NCBI GenBank assembly: GCA_021817325.1
Contig: JAKAVK010000013.1
Location: forward strand, 7,651-71,650
Length of the DNA stretch: 64,000 bases
Direction: 5' to 3'
Source of the DNA: Candidatus Micrarchaeota archaeon
Lineage (GTDB): Archaea > Micrarchaeota > Micrarchaeia > Micrarchaeales > CABMGC01
Part shown: one piece after another, positions 1-9,242 of the stretch
Layout: every line of letters starts with the position of its first letter
How positions within the stretch are numbered: the first letter of the stretch is position 1
The notes under the pieces: generated by a model
Databases searched by the model: none
What the model was told of the DNA's origin: nothing
Seen by the model: only the letters and a program-made list of their open reading frames with translations
Translations under genes and position numbers: made by a program

Positions 1-812
1 CCGCGCGTGGATTGGGCCATGAACTTGTTGCGCGCTGACCTGAAGCTGCACCCGGTATAGGCATTGAGGTGCTTTATGACAAGTCTCTCGTATTTAGGAC
101 CCGCATTCATGCCTGTGCCTAGTGCAGTGCCGCCCAAAGGCAGCTCAAGAAGGACTTTTCCCGATTCCTCAAGCAGGCTTATGGATCTCCATACGACCCC
201 TGCATAACCATGGAATTCCTCTCCAAGGGTCATCGGCACTGCGTCCTGAAGGTGGGTTCTGCCTATCTTGACTATGTGCGAGAACTCGCGGGACTTCCTC
301 TCCAACTCGCGCTGCAGAAATCTCAGTGCAGGAAGCAATTTCTTGTGCAGAGCAAGGTAAGCGGAGATGTCCATAACCGATGGGTAAGTGTCATTTGTGG
401 ACTGGGACATGTTGACGTGGTCGTTGGGATGCACTATCCGATAGTCGCCCTTCCTTCCCCCGAGCATGACTATTGCAGCATTTGCCACTACCTCGTTAAC
501 GTTCATGTTCGTGCTGGTTCCAGCCCCTGCCTGGAACACGTCCATGGAAAACTGGTCGTCAAACTTTCCTGCTATTACCTGGTCGCAAGCCTTGACAATT
601 GCATGCGCCCTTTTCTCATCGAGCTTCCCGGCGCCTAGATTTGCAAGAGCAGCGGAGCGCTTTATTGTTGCATACGCGCGTATAAGATCCTTGCTGACCG
701 CTATTCCGGAGATCTGGAAGTTCTCAAGGGCGCGCTCCGTCTCCGAGCCATAGTAAGCATCGGCAGGTACCTTGACTGTGCCAAGCACATCCCGCTCTTT
801 GCGATACCTCAT
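1..812 (-). CDS. Aspartate ammonia-lyase / class II fumarate hydratase family lyase, N-terminal ~270 aa (gene runs off the window start)
   Basis: Absent from the ORF track because it has no stop in the window. Own translation of the minus strand from ATG 812-810 gives MRYRKERDVLGTVKVPADAYYGSETERALENF...QAGAGTSTNMNVNEV...SQSTNDTYPS...GRTHLQDAVPMTLG, the signature blocks of the fumarase/aspartase superfamily. GAGTS.NMN and TNDTYP look more aspartase-like than FumC-like. Confidence 0.85.
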   Translation of the reverse strand, partial: MRYRKERDVLGTVKVPADAYYGSETERALENFQISGIAVSKDLIRAYATIKRSAALANLGAGKLDEKRAHAIVKACDQVIAGKFDDQFSMDVFQAGAGTSTNMNVNEVVANAAIVMLGGRKGDYRIVHPNDHVNMSQSTNDTYPSVMDISAYLALHKKLLPALRFLQRELERKSREFSHIVKIGRTHLQDAVPMTLGEEFHGYAGVVWRSISLLEESGKVLLELPLGGTALGTGMNAGPKYERLVIKHLNAYTGCSFRSARNKFMAQSTR

Positions 813-847
813 CAGATCAACTCTCGTAATGCTTATTCTTCTTATTA

Positions 848-1852
848 TTAAGTGCTATGCCTAGCGGGCTCCCTCTCTTCTGCAGTTGTATTGCTCATCA
901 GCTCTGTCTTAAGAAGCTGGATTGCCGCTGCCGGGTCGACCCCCTTGGGACACACCTTCGAGCATGCGCCGGCGAATTCGCACCCCCATACGCCGTCGAG
1001 CCGGTCTGCATCAAGCAGTCTCTTCTTGCCAAGCTGGTCGCGCGAATCCGCATAGTACCTGTATTCCTGGGCCAGAGCCTGCGGTCCCTTGAAGTTCGGG
1101 TTGGTGTTGACCACCGGGCACGCATCCTCGCACAGGCCGCACATTATGCAGTACGAGTACGGCAGGAACCTGTCCACCTCCTCCCTTGTCTGATGGTACT
1201 CCTTCTTTGCAGCGTACTGCTCCTTTGCGTCTATCCTGTAGAGCCTTGGCTGCACTGACATGTGCTTCTCGAAGAAGTCATCGAAGTCGGTTGCGAGGTC
1301 CTTGAGCAAAGGATGCCCCTGCATGGGCTCCACTACAATATCCCCTTTCCTGGCATGTTCCAGCACGTTCGTCTCGCACGCCAGCGAAGGCTTTCCGTTA
1401 ACCACCATTCCGCATGACCCGCATATTCCCATCCTGCAGCTGTACCTCATCGAGAGTGTGTTGTCATGCTTCTCCTTTATGTCCACGAGCGCGCCCAGGA
1501 CTGTTGTAAGCTCGTCCACATTGTGCACGTACGCCTCCTCGACCAGCTGCTTTTTCCCCTCGTCAAAACGCCTTAGCCTGAAGGTTATCCTAACTGAGTT
1601 CGCTTCCTTGCGCTCCGCCGCTGCCGGCCCCTTGCTTCTTGCAATCCTGAGCCTCATACTCTTTGGATAATCGTGCACAAAGACCTCCACGAAGCCAGCC
1701 GCGCCAAAAGCGATGAAACCGATGGCGGCAAGCACTGTGAGCGGATAGGCGAGCAAAGGCGAATAGAGAATCGCAAAGAGCCTCAGCACAAGCAATATCG
1801 GTGTGCCTATCATTCCGACGTAGAGGGGCAGCATTAGGGTTGTAGTTCTCAT
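848..1852 (-). CDS. sdhB: Succinate dehydrogenase/fumarate reductase iron-sulfur subunit with an in-frame N-terminal two-helix membrane extension
   Basis: Three Cys clusters: SCRMGICGSCG, CIMCGLCEDACP, CEFAGACSKVCP. The first ~65 aa are hydrophobic (LMLPLYVGMIGTPILLVLRLFAILY, LTVLAAIGFIAFGAAGFVEVFV). 4-nt overlap with the upstream gene. Confidence 0.9.
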   Translation of the reverse strand: MRTTTLMLPLYVGMIGTPILLVLRLFAILYSPLLAYPLTVLAAIGFIAFGAAGFVEVFVHDYPKSMRLRIARSKGPAAAERKEANSVRITFRLRRFDEGKKQLVEEAYVHNVDELTTVLGALVDIKEKHDNTLSMRYSCRMGICGSCGMVVNGKPSLACETNVLEHARKGDIVVEPMQGHPLLKDLATDFDDFFEKHMSVQPRLYRIDAKEQYAAKKEYHQTREEVDRFLPYSYCIMCGLCEDACPVVNTNPNFKGPQALAQEYRYYADSRDQLGKKRLLDADRLDGVWGCEFAGACSKVCPKGVDPAAAIQLLKTELMSNTTAEEREPARHST

Positions 1853-2271
1853 ATTATCACGCTGACAAGTGCCATGGCTGCGAAACCGAGCAGCCAGAGC
1901 ACTGTTATGATGTGCGGTATGTGCCTGAGCGCGGAATCCACACCTTTTCTCTTGTCCTCCGCATTGATGAAGGACTTGTTAATGTGTTCAGATGCCCTGC
2001 CTTGGCTGAGTATGAAGGCAAGTACCTGGCTTGCGGCGTATACCTGTGCCGTGAAGAAGAGCCAGTCAAGCAGGATCAGCGCCTTTACAAAGGCGCTGTT
2101 GAAGTATGCGGGATTAAACGCTGCGCAGTACAGCAGCAGCAGGCCGGTGAAGACCGCTACGAATATGAAGATCCTATAAGTGACCATGTGAATGAATCCA
2201 GCCTTGTCAAATCCGATCAGCCTTGCGAGCGATCCAATCCTTCCGCGTACATCATACACTTGCTTCTCCAT
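1849..2271 (-). CDS. Putative succinate dehydrogenase membrane anchor subunit (SdhC-like)
   Basis: The track ORF is 1849..2382, but its first 37 codons overlap the sdhA 3' end. ATG at 2271 (MEKQVYDV...) lies 8 nt after the sdhA stop. About three hydrophobic helices with His candidates (FIHMV, RHIPHI). Sits between sdhA and sdhB. Confidence 0.55.
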   Translation of the reverse strand: MEKQVYDVRGRIGSLARLIGFDKAGFIHMVTYRIFIFVAVFTGLLLLYCAAFNPAYFNSAFVKALILLDWLFFTAQVYAASQVLAFILSQGRASEHINKSFINAEDKRKGVDSALRHIPHIITVLWLLGFAAMALVSVII

Positions 2272-2279
2272 AGCCTCAC

Positions 2280-4019
2280 CTAGTATACCCGCTTCTGCGG
2301 CTGCCATTTCGTTATGTTTACCGGAATGTAGGAAACCACCTGCTTCTCTCCATGCATCTGTATTATCGTGTGCTTCAACCACGACTTGTCCTCCCTCTCA
2401 GGGTATTCCACAACTGCATGCGCTCCCCTCGTCTCCTTGCGCCTGGATGCGCATTCGGCAACCGCTACTGCCAGATCCAGCATGTTCCCTATCTCAATCA
2501 CGTCTCTTAGGTTTGTATTGTAAATGTGCTTCTTGTCGGTCACGTACACATCCTTGTATCTGGCCCTGATCGCAGCCAGCTTCTTGGCTGCCCTTGCCAT
2601 CTCTCCCATCCGCCTGTATACATAGAACGATCTTTCCAGGGTGTTCTGCATCTCGTGCATAAGCTCATACGGATCCTCACTGCCCCTATTCCCGAGCAGC
2701 CTGCCGATCCTCTCCTCCTCTCCAATCGCACGGTCCATAAGCCCATCACTGCCTTTGCTTTTTGCATCAAGCGCATACTTCGCCGCGTCCCTGCCTGCGA
2801 TCCTGCCCCACACTGCGCATTGGCTAAGCGAGTTGCTTCCAAGCCTGTTGGCGCCGTGCACGCTCACGCTGCCGCATTCTCCTATGGCCCACAAGCCCTC
2901 CGTCTCACTGCTACTAGGTCCAGCCATGATCTTCCCATCAATGCTTGTATGTATGCCACCCATGGTGAAATGTGCCGCAGGCCTCACAGGTATGGGCTCG
3001 TTGACCGGATCCAGGTTGAGCATCTTGGTGCATATGTCCCTGATCATAGGCAGCTTCTCGTCTATCCTCCCCTTAAGATGCCTCAGGTCGAGTTCCACAT
3101 AGTCAAGGCCTGATTTGTCATGCTTGAACCCCCTCCCGGCATCTATCTCGCTGATTATGGCCCTTGAGATTATGTCCCTTGGAGCCAGCTCCATCTTGCT
3201 CTTGGCATAGGCCTCCATGAACCGCTTGCCCTGCGAATTTAGCAGGTAGCCGCCCTCCCCTCTTGCGGCTTCTGTTATCAGTATGCCGCTAGGTATGAGC
3301 GTAGTCGGGTGGAACTGGATGAATTCCATGTCCTTTAACGGAAGACCTGCCCTGTACGCCAATGCAATGCCATCGCCTGTAGTCGCGTATGAGGTAGTGG
3401 TCACGCTGAATACCCTTGCGAACCCGCCTGTTGCTATGATGCATGCCTTGGCCTTGAACAGGATGCTCTTACCGGTTCCAAGATCAATAGAAAAGATACC
3501 AAGGAATCTGCCTTTCTCCGTGAAGAGTGACGTGGCCATGCACTCGTTGAACAGCTGCACATTCTCGTATCCAGTCACGGTGTCGTACAGCGCACGCATC
3601 ATGAAGAAGCCTGTCTTGTCAGCTGCGAATGCGGTCCTTGGTATGCTCATGCCACCGAACGGGCGCTGCGAGATCCTTGCCTTATCGTTCCTGTCCCACG
3701 GGACTCCAAGGTGCTCGAAGAAGCGTATCTCATGGGGTGCATTCCTGACCAGCAGCTCGACGGCATCCTGATCTGCAAGGTAATCCGATCCCTTTATGGT
3801 ATCATACGCATGCAGCTGGAACGAGTCGTCGCTGTTTTCAGTATAGAGGACTCCTGAGATGCCGCCTTCGGCGCAAACCGAGTGGCTCCTCATCGCATGC
3901 AGTTTCGAGACAAGCGCTATCCTTAGCCTGCCCTTAGATGCCTCTGTAGCATGTATCGCAGCTGTCATCCCCGCTATTCCCGTACCAAGTATTACGATGT
4001 CAAAATCTAATAGCTCCAT
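2280..4019 (-). CDS. sdhA: Succinate dehydrogenase/fumarate reductase flavoprotein subunit
   Basis: FAD fold DIVILGTGIAGMTAA, RSHSVCAEGGI (FAD-linking His region), HFTMGGI, RLGSNSL. 579 aa. Confidence 0.95.
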   Translation of the reverse strand: MELLDFDIVILGTGIAGMTAAIHATEASKGRLRIALVSKLHAMRSHSVCAEGGISGVLYTENSDDSFQLHAYDTIKGSDYLADQDAVELLVRNAPHEIRFFEHLGVPWDRNDKARISQRPFGGMSIPRTAFAADKTGFFMMRALYDTVTGYENVQLFNECMATSLFTEKGRFLGIFSIDLGTGKSILFKAKACIIATGGFARVFSVTTTSYATTGDGIALAYRAGLPLKDMEFIQFHPTTLIPSGILITEAARGEGGYLLNSQGKRFMEAYAKSKMELAPRDIISRAIISEIDAGRGFKHDKSGLDYVELDLRHLKGRIDEKLPMIRDICTKMLNLDPVNEPIPVRPAAHFTMGGIHTSIDGKIMAGPSSSETEGLWAIGECGSVSVHGANRLGSNSLSQCAVWGRIAGRDAAKYALDAKSKGSDGLMDRAIGEEERIGRLLGNRGSEDPYELMHEMQNTLERSFYVYRRMGEMARAAKKLAAIRARYKDVYVTDKKHIYNTNLRDVIEIGNMLDLAVAVAECASRRKETRGAHAVVEYPEREDKSWLKHTIIQMHGEKQVVSYIPVNITKWQPQKRVY

Positions 4020-4147
4020 CCCAGTCTAGTCTTACATGACAAGAAAAACTTTTAAGCCTGCGCATACGCAGGTCTCTGCCATGGGAACACGTCCTCACCC
4101 CCCAGGTTATTAAATCTTGGTCTTCGAATATATCTTGGATTACCTTG

Positions 4148-5467
4148 ATGGAAGAAGAGATCGATTTCGATGACCTTGAAGCCACGGTCTTCGGAGCCCT
4201 GGAGGGGAAGCTTGCAAACATATCCAACCGGAAGGATATTGACGAGTACATAAGCAAGATAGCAAAGTCGGTACAGCCTGTCGCGTCAAAAGCGGACCTG
4301 GACAGGATAGTGAAGGATGCGACCGCACTATATCCTATAAACAAGTACCTGGAGGACGAGGAAGTCGAGGACATAATGGTAAACAACATGAAGAACATCT
4401 TCATCTACAAGGGTGGCACAGGGGAGGAGAAGGCCCCCGAGAAGATAAAGAGCAGGAAGGACCTCAACCTGCTTGTCAGCAAGCTGAAGATGTTCGCCAC
4501 ATCAACGACAGCAAACAGAAGCGTCTTTGATATACACCTTCCAAATGGCTCCAGGGCTAACATAGTGGACTCGCCACTCGGTGCAGATGTTACCATAAGG
4601 AATTTCAAGGGAACAGCGCTTAGCATCATAGATCTGATAAATTCCGGAGAGCTCAGCTACAACATGGCAGCAAGATTCTGGATCTATGCCGAGGGGCTCA
4701 GGATAAGGCCCGCAAACGTGCTAATAGGCGGAATGCCGGGCAGTGGAAAGACAACGCTCCTGAATTCGATGTTCAGTTTCTTCAGGCCGGAGCAGAGAAT
4801 AGTTGTGATAGAGGATACATACGAATTGAACACCGAAACGCAGGAGAACTGCGTTAGGCTGGAGACCAATTCGGAGGTCAGCATGGCCGACCTGGTCAAG
4901 AATACCCTCAGGATGAGGCCCGACATGATAATCATAGGGGAGGTGAGGGGCGTGGAGGCAAACGACATGATGACAGCCATGAACATAGGCAAGATCTGCA
5001 TGGGAACTCTTCACGCAAGCACAGCTAGGGATATAATAACAAGATTGCAGCATGCGCCAATGAACATAAACATGGACATAATCCCACTCATAGACACGCT
5101 GGTGCTCATCTCCCAGGTCAGCGACAACAACAAGTACGTGAGGAAGATAACGCAGGTATCGGAGATATCCGGAGTAGAAACGCAGGTCCTGCTCTCCGAC
5201 CTGTTCATGTACGATTACAAGACTCACAAGGGATCCGACATACTGCCAAGCGTAACCTACAGGGACACCCTGGCAAAGTTGACAGGCTACCCCCCAAGCG
5301 AGATAATAATAGAGGAGAGAAGAAGAGCCAAGGTGCTGGAGAAGCTAAACCAGATGGGCGTCAGGGGCCTTACCGATATAAACCAGTTCTGCAAGGAATA
5401 CTATGATGATCAGGAGAAGGCGCTCAAGAAAATAGGATTGCAGAATCTGGGCACACTGCCGAGGTAG
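4148..5467 (+). CDS. Type II/IV secretion-system ATPase (FlaI/VirB11/TadA-like)
   Basis: Walker A GGMPGSGKTTLLNS, Walker B RIVVIEDTYEL, His-box GTLHAS. The track start at 4145 is TTG; ATG is at 4148. Confidence 0.85.
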   Translation: MEEEIDFDDLEATVFGALEGKLANISNRKDIDEYISKIAKSVQPVASKADLDRIVKDATALYPINKYLEDEEVEDIMVNNMKNIFIYKGGTGEEKAPEKIKSRKDLNLLVSKLKMFATSTTANRSVFDIHLPNGSRANIVDSPLGADVTIRNFKGTALSIIDLINSGELSYNMAARFWIYAEGLRIRPANVLIGGMPGSGKTTLLNSMFSFFRPEQRIVVIEDTYELNTETQENCVRLETNSEVSMADLVKNTLRMRPDMIIIGEVRGVEANDMMTAMNIGKICMGTLHASTARDIITRLQHAPMNINMDIIPLIDTLVLISQVSDNNKYVRKITQVSEISGVETQVLLSDLFMYDYKTHKGSDILPSVTYRDTLAKLTGYPPSEIIIEERRRAKVLEKLNQMGVRGLTDINQFCKEYYDDQEKALKKIGLQNLGTLPR

Positions 5468-5496
5468 CAAAAGATACGGCATCCAACGCACCACAG

Positions 5497-6045
5497 CTAG
5501 TCCTGTGTATCGGTCAAATACTCAATAAGCTTTGCCGTCGCTATGCCCCTATGCGAGATCCTGGTCTTCTCATCCGTTTCAAGCTCTGCAAATGTGGTAG
5601 TCTTGCCGTTCATGATAAAGATCGCATCCCATCCGAAGCCCTTTTCTCCACGTGGCTCCTTAGCTATCTGCCCATCCACTCGGCCTACGAATGTCCTCAT
5701 TTTGCCCCCGTCATACAGGGTCAGGCAGGCTTCCGCATAAGCTGATCTGTCATCAAAGCAGTCGACTATCCTGCATATACCTTCATTGCCTACGCTCATC
5801 GTGAGCCATTTTACAAGGGCTCCGGGAAAATTGTTAAGCGCCTTTATGTAAAGCCCAGAGTCCTCAACAAGGACAGGCCTGCCAATCATGCCATATGCTC
5901 TCCTTGCTTTGTCCTGCGCAACCTTCCTCGCCTCAATCTCCTGTATCTCCGGAAGGTCAACATCTGTGCTCTCGAGCCTGGCGCCAAGCAGAAGCCGCAT
6001 CTCCCTTAGCTTGCCTTTATTAGAAGTTACTAGAACAGGATCCAT
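5497..6045 (-). CDS. Non-canonical purine NTP pyrophosphatase (Ham1/RdgB, ITPase)
   Basis: VTSNKGKLREM, EDSGLYIKALNNFPG, GFGWDAIF. ATG at 6045 (the track start at 6048 is TTG). Confidence 0.9.
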   Translation of the reverse strand: MDPVLVTSNKGKLREMRLLLGARLESTDVDLPEIQEIEARKVAQDKARRAYGMIGRPVLVEDSGLYIKALNNFPGALVKWLTMSVGNEGICRIVDCFDDRSAYAEACLTLYDGGKMRTFVGRVDGQIAKEPRGEKGFGWDAIFIMNGKTTTFAELETDEKTRISHRGIATAKLIEYLTDTQD

Positions 6046-6049
6046 CAAA

Positions 6050-7363
6050 TCAGTTGTTTAAGGGCATGATATTGTCCACTATGAAGTTTGGGTCATACGC
6101 CATAAGGGCGTCATAGCCCTCTCCAGTACCGAAGAAGAGCATAGGCACCTGGGTCTCGCTGAGTATCGAGAGCGTGTTGCCGCCTTTGGCATCAGCGTCC
6201 AGCTTTGTCAGGACTATTCCATCGAGCCCTACCGCCTCATTGAACTCCATGACCTGATTGAGGAGCGCGTTTCCTACTATGCTCTCTCCTACGAATATCT
6301 TGAGGTCAGGCTGTGCTATCCTTACTATCTTCTTTACCTCCTCCATGAGGCTCTTGTTCGTCTCCTGCCTGCCTGCGCTGTCTATAAGCACTACGTCTAT
6401 CCTATGTGCTTTGGCATGCGCGATCGCATCAAATGCGACACTGGCAGGATCAGCGCCGTATCTGCCCTTTATCACGCCTATGCCCAGCCTGCCTGCATGG
6501 TATGCGGTCTGCTCTATTGCTGCCGCCCTGAAGGTGTCGCTGGCAGACATCACGCAGGTCATTCCGTTATCAAGCATCAGGCGCGCGATCTTTGCCATCG
6601 TGGTCGTCTTACCAGCGCCGTTAGGCCCTATGAACAGTATCTTGAATGGCTCTCCTCCCGCCTTCTTCTGCCTTGCAAGGTTCACTATGTCAACCTCCGC
6701 GCCCTTGTTGAGTATTTCGAAGATCGAGTTCCTTATCGCCAATGCAATGTTCTTTGAGAGGTCCTTCGAATCGATTGGCTTTGAGACAAGTTCGCTGTGT
6801 ATCTTACCTAGTATCTTCTCAACGACATCGTAGTTGACATCAGATTGTATGAGAGAGATCCTGAGCTGCTCCATGAATGGCTCTATGTCCCGGTCGCTCA
6901 CAGTTATCTCCCTGAAGACGATGCCCCTTAGCTTTGTGCCCAGGGTCACTTTCGGCTTTATTATCCTGGGCTCATCCCTTGCCTTCTTGGCACTAGCATC
7001 CCGTGCTGCAGGCTGCGGAATGCGCTCTCTTCGGGCTTCAGGCTCATTAGCATGCACCTTTCCTACCTCTTCCTGCCCATTCCCATGGCCGATGCGCCCA
7101 GGCTCCGCAGGCTTTGGCGCCTCCACTGCCGTCGCTGCCTCTTGTCCCTCCTTCCCGCCTGCCACCTCCTCGTGCGCAGCCGCATGCTCCCCAATCGGCG
7201 CCTGCGCATCCCCGCCTACTTCATGATGCTCTGCTTCCTGTGCATGCTCGCGTTTCTGCTCCTGCGCAGGCAATGCACGATTGGCCTCTTCAACTTTCTG
7301 CTCCTCCTTCTTTGTCAGCGAATCTACAAAATTAGAGAATTTCTTCCTGAGTCCATCGAACAT
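6050..7363 (-). CDS. ftsY: Signal recognition particle receptor FtsY with a long acidic/His-rich N-terminal domain
   Basis: NG domain motifs ILFIGPNGAGKTTTMAKIA, DSAGRQ, TKLDADAKGG. Conserved position next to prefoldin alpha. Confidence 0.93.
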   Translation of the reverse strand: MFDGLRKKFSNFVDSLTKKEEQKVEEANRALPAQEQKREHAQEAEHHEVGGDAQAPIGEHAAAHEEVAGGKEGQEAATAVEAPKPAEPGRIGHGNGQEEVGKVHANEPEARRERIPQPAARDASAKKARDEPRIIKPKVTLGTKLRGIVFREITVSDRDIEPFMEQLRISLIQSDVNYDVVEKILGKIHSELVSKPIDSKDLSKNIALAIRNSIFEILNKGAEVDIVNLARQKKAGGEPFKILFIGPNGAGKTTTMAKIARLMLDNGMTCVMSASDTFRAAAIEQTAYHAGRLGIGVIKGRYGADPASVAFDAIAHAKAHRIDVVLIDSAGRQETNKSLMEEVKKIVRIAQPDLKIFVGESIVGNALLNQVMEFNEAVGLDGIVLTKLDADAKGGNTLSILSETQVPMLFFGTGEGYDALMAYDPNFIVDNIMPLNN

Positions 7364-7373
7364 GCAAAAGACC

Positions 7374-7802
7374 TTACTGCTGCACCCTCCTCAGCTCTGC
7401 AGCCTTGTAGGAGATGTCAAGCAGCTCCTTCTCTACCTTCTGCCTCTCAGCAAGCAGCTTGTTGATAACCATCTCGCCATTCTTCATGTTGCTGTCGAGG
7501 AACTCCCTTGCGTCTTCGATGCTCTTCTCTACCGCATAGCCGGCGCCTACATAGGTCATCACACGATGTACTTTGCCCACCTTCGCCTCGATATAGGTTC
7601 CGCCCTCGCAGTTGATGAGCACGTTCGAGTCCTCAATGCTCTGGATCTTCTCTATGATGGAGAGGTTCCTAGCTATCGCATCGTGCGCAAGAGAATAGGT
7701 ATCCACCTGGTTGCTGATTATCTCATATCTCTGCGTATACACGTTGTTCAGGTACTGCAACTGCGCCATAGCTTCCTCATAGTTCTGATCCTGTCCTGCC
7801 AT
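7374..7802 (-). CDS. pfdA: Prefoldin alpha subunit
   Basis: 142 aa coiled-coil / beta-hairpin / coiled-coil layout (…VLINCEGGTYIEAKV…YVGAGYAVEKS…). Conserved archaeal neighbourhood ftsY-pfdA-aIF6. Confidence 0.85.
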   Translation of the reverse strand: MAGQDQNYEEAMAQLQYLNNVYTQRYEIISNQVDTYSLAHDAIARNLSIIEKIQSIEDSNVLINCEGGTYIEAKVGKVHRVMTYVGAGYAVEKSIEDAREFLDSNMKNGEMVINKLLAERQKVEKELLDISYKAAELRRVQQ

Positions 7803-7857
7803 GATATCATCTAAAACATTAAATCTGATGTGCCTAAACTATAAAATCCTGCCTTTC

Positions 7858-8523
7858 TCACAGGCCCAGCCCCTCTGCTATCCTTGCCAGCTCGAACCCG
7901 CTGGTTTCCGCTCCTACCAGAATGCCCTTCGAGTTCGCTATCACGGAGAGCCCAACACTTAGAGATCCGAGGTTTGCGGTTGTCTGCGATATCTCGCCCA
8001 CGAGCTCCTTAAGCATCTCCATGTCAGCTTCACTTGCCCTGTTGTTCATTACTATGCCCTTGTTTGTCAGCACGTTGTTCGCCCCGACGGTAACAAGGCC
8101 TCCTATTGCAAGCCTTACGACTTCAACATCGAGCAGCTCGCCTATGGCCTTTGCCTCGTCAGCGCTGTAATCAGGGTTGACTATTGCCACCTTGTCGTTT
8201 GCAAGTATATTATTGCCCAATGCGTTCAGATCCGACTGGAACCTCTCTATCCTCTTTCCAGGCAGCGCCTTTCTGATGTTGCCCAATTCCAAGTCCCTGA
8301 CAAGGTTGGGCATCAGCACGCACCCTGCATTCGCTACAGAATAGATGCCTATCAGATCTGATCCATCAACCGAGGTTGTTACCAAGTCAACGCCCATGTT
8401 CTCGCTAAGGAGCCTACGCTCGGCCTGCGTTGCAGTATTGCCTATTATGGCAAATGATTCGGTGGCTATGCCAAAAGCGCCTATGAAGGGGTTGCCTCCT
8501 ATATTGAGCTTAGCTACTCCCAT
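7858..8523 (-). CDS. eif6: Translation initiation factor 6 (aIF6)
   Basis: MGVAKLNIGGNPFIGAFG... with pentameric repeat character. Trimmed from the track ORF 7858..8802, whose Arg-rich first 93 codons overlap the L31e tail in another frame. ATG confirmed at 8523-8521. Confidence 0.9.
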   Translation of the reverse strand: MGVAKLNIGGNPFIGAFGIATESFAIIGNTATQAERRLLSENMGVDLVTTSVDGSDLIGIYSVANAGCVLMPNLVRDLELGNIRKALPGKRIERFQSDLNALGNNILANDKVAIVNPDYSADEAKAIGELLDVEVVRLAIGGLVTVGANNVLTNKGIVMNNRASEADMEMLKELVGEISQTTANLGSLSVGLSVIANSKGILVGAETSGFELARIAEGLGL

Positions 8524-8533
8524 GGCCTGCGAC

Positions 8534-9040
8534 CTATTGCGCCGGCGCTTGCGCCTGCTCTTCGGTCTGCATAGGCTTCCTTGCCTTTGCCTTAGGCTTT
8601 GCAGCCGCATCCTGCTTCTGCTGGGTTCTCTCGTCAGTGGCCCTCTCGGCCTTCCCGGCGGTATCCTTCTTAGGCTTCTGTGCAGCCTCCTTAGGCCTCT
8701 CCTCTTTCTTATCCCCCTGTCCAGGCGCCTGACGTGCTGCAGCCTTCTGCGGAAGTGTCCTTTTAAGTTCATCAGCGAGTCCTGCTTCGACCCTGCTACC
8801 ATTCCTTGTTATTGTCATCTTGATCGGCTTGAACTTGTTGGAGTTGTTTGCCTGCAGCCATACGTTTATATCAGTGCTGAGCCGGACATCCTCAACGCTC
8901 GACTTGGAGTGCCTTGCTATCTGCTCCTTTAGGTACGAGGGCGCCTTGTCGTGCAGCCTAGATCTGTGTATCGCGACAAGCTTCTTCCTCAGCCTTAGCG
9001 TAAGCGTAGTTGCCTGCGGTGTTGTTGTAACTGCTGCCAT
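8534..9040 (-). CDS. rpl31e: Ribosomal protein eL31 with ~80-aa Lys/Ala/Glu/Gln-rich C-terminal tail
   Basis: N-terminal ~90 aa resemble eL31 (LTLRLRKKLVAIHRSRLHDKAPSYLKEQIARHSK...DVRLSTDINVWL). Position between L39e and aIF6. The tail runs to a stop 10 nt before the aIF6 ATG. Confidence 0.85.
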   Translation of the reverse strand: MAAVTTTPQATTLTLRLRKKLVAIHRSRLHDKAPSYLKEQIARHSKSSVEDVRLSTDINVWLQANNSNKFKPIKMTITRNGSRVEAGLADELKRTLPQKAAARQAPGQGDKKEERPKEAAQKPKKDTAGKAERATDERTQQKQDAAAKPKAKARKPMQTEEQAQAPAQ

Positions 9041-9044
9041 ATCA

Positions 9045-9203
9045 TCAGTCCTTTATCCTAAGTTTTCTCCGTCTCCAATCCCTCTGGAACTTATTCTGCT
9101 GCACTCTCCTGTGGGTGCGGACCACTGCCAGTATCGGCATGCGCCTGTTCTTCTTGCGCGCTTTTCCGAGCCTCATCTTCTTCGTAAGCGATTTCTTTCC
9201 CAT
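9045..9203 (-). CDS. rpl39e: Ribosomal protein eL39
   Basis: Below the track size cutoff. Own translation: MGKKSLTKKMRLGKARKKNRRMPILAVVRTHRRVQQNKFQRDWRRRKLRIKD (52 aa), typical eL39. Conserved neighbourhood. Confidence 0.9.
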   Translation of the reverse strand: MGKKSLTKKMRLGKARKKNRRMPILAVVRTHRRVQQNKFQRDWRRRKLRIKD

Positions 9204-9242
9204 AAGATCATCATTCATCACGCATAAATATTATACCGTGCC

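Noticed and set aside
6950-7363. Acidic/His/Ala-rich N-terminal ~140 aa of FtsY as a separate or novel domain
   Set aside because: FtsY proteins commonly carry variable acidic A-domains. The region is in frame and contiguous with the NG domain.
8524-8802. 93-codon N-terminal extension of the aIF6 ORF as given in the track
   Set aside because: It is Arg-rich out-of-frame sequence overlapping the eL31 tail. The conserved aIF6 N-terminus MGVAKLNIGG starts at ATG 8523.
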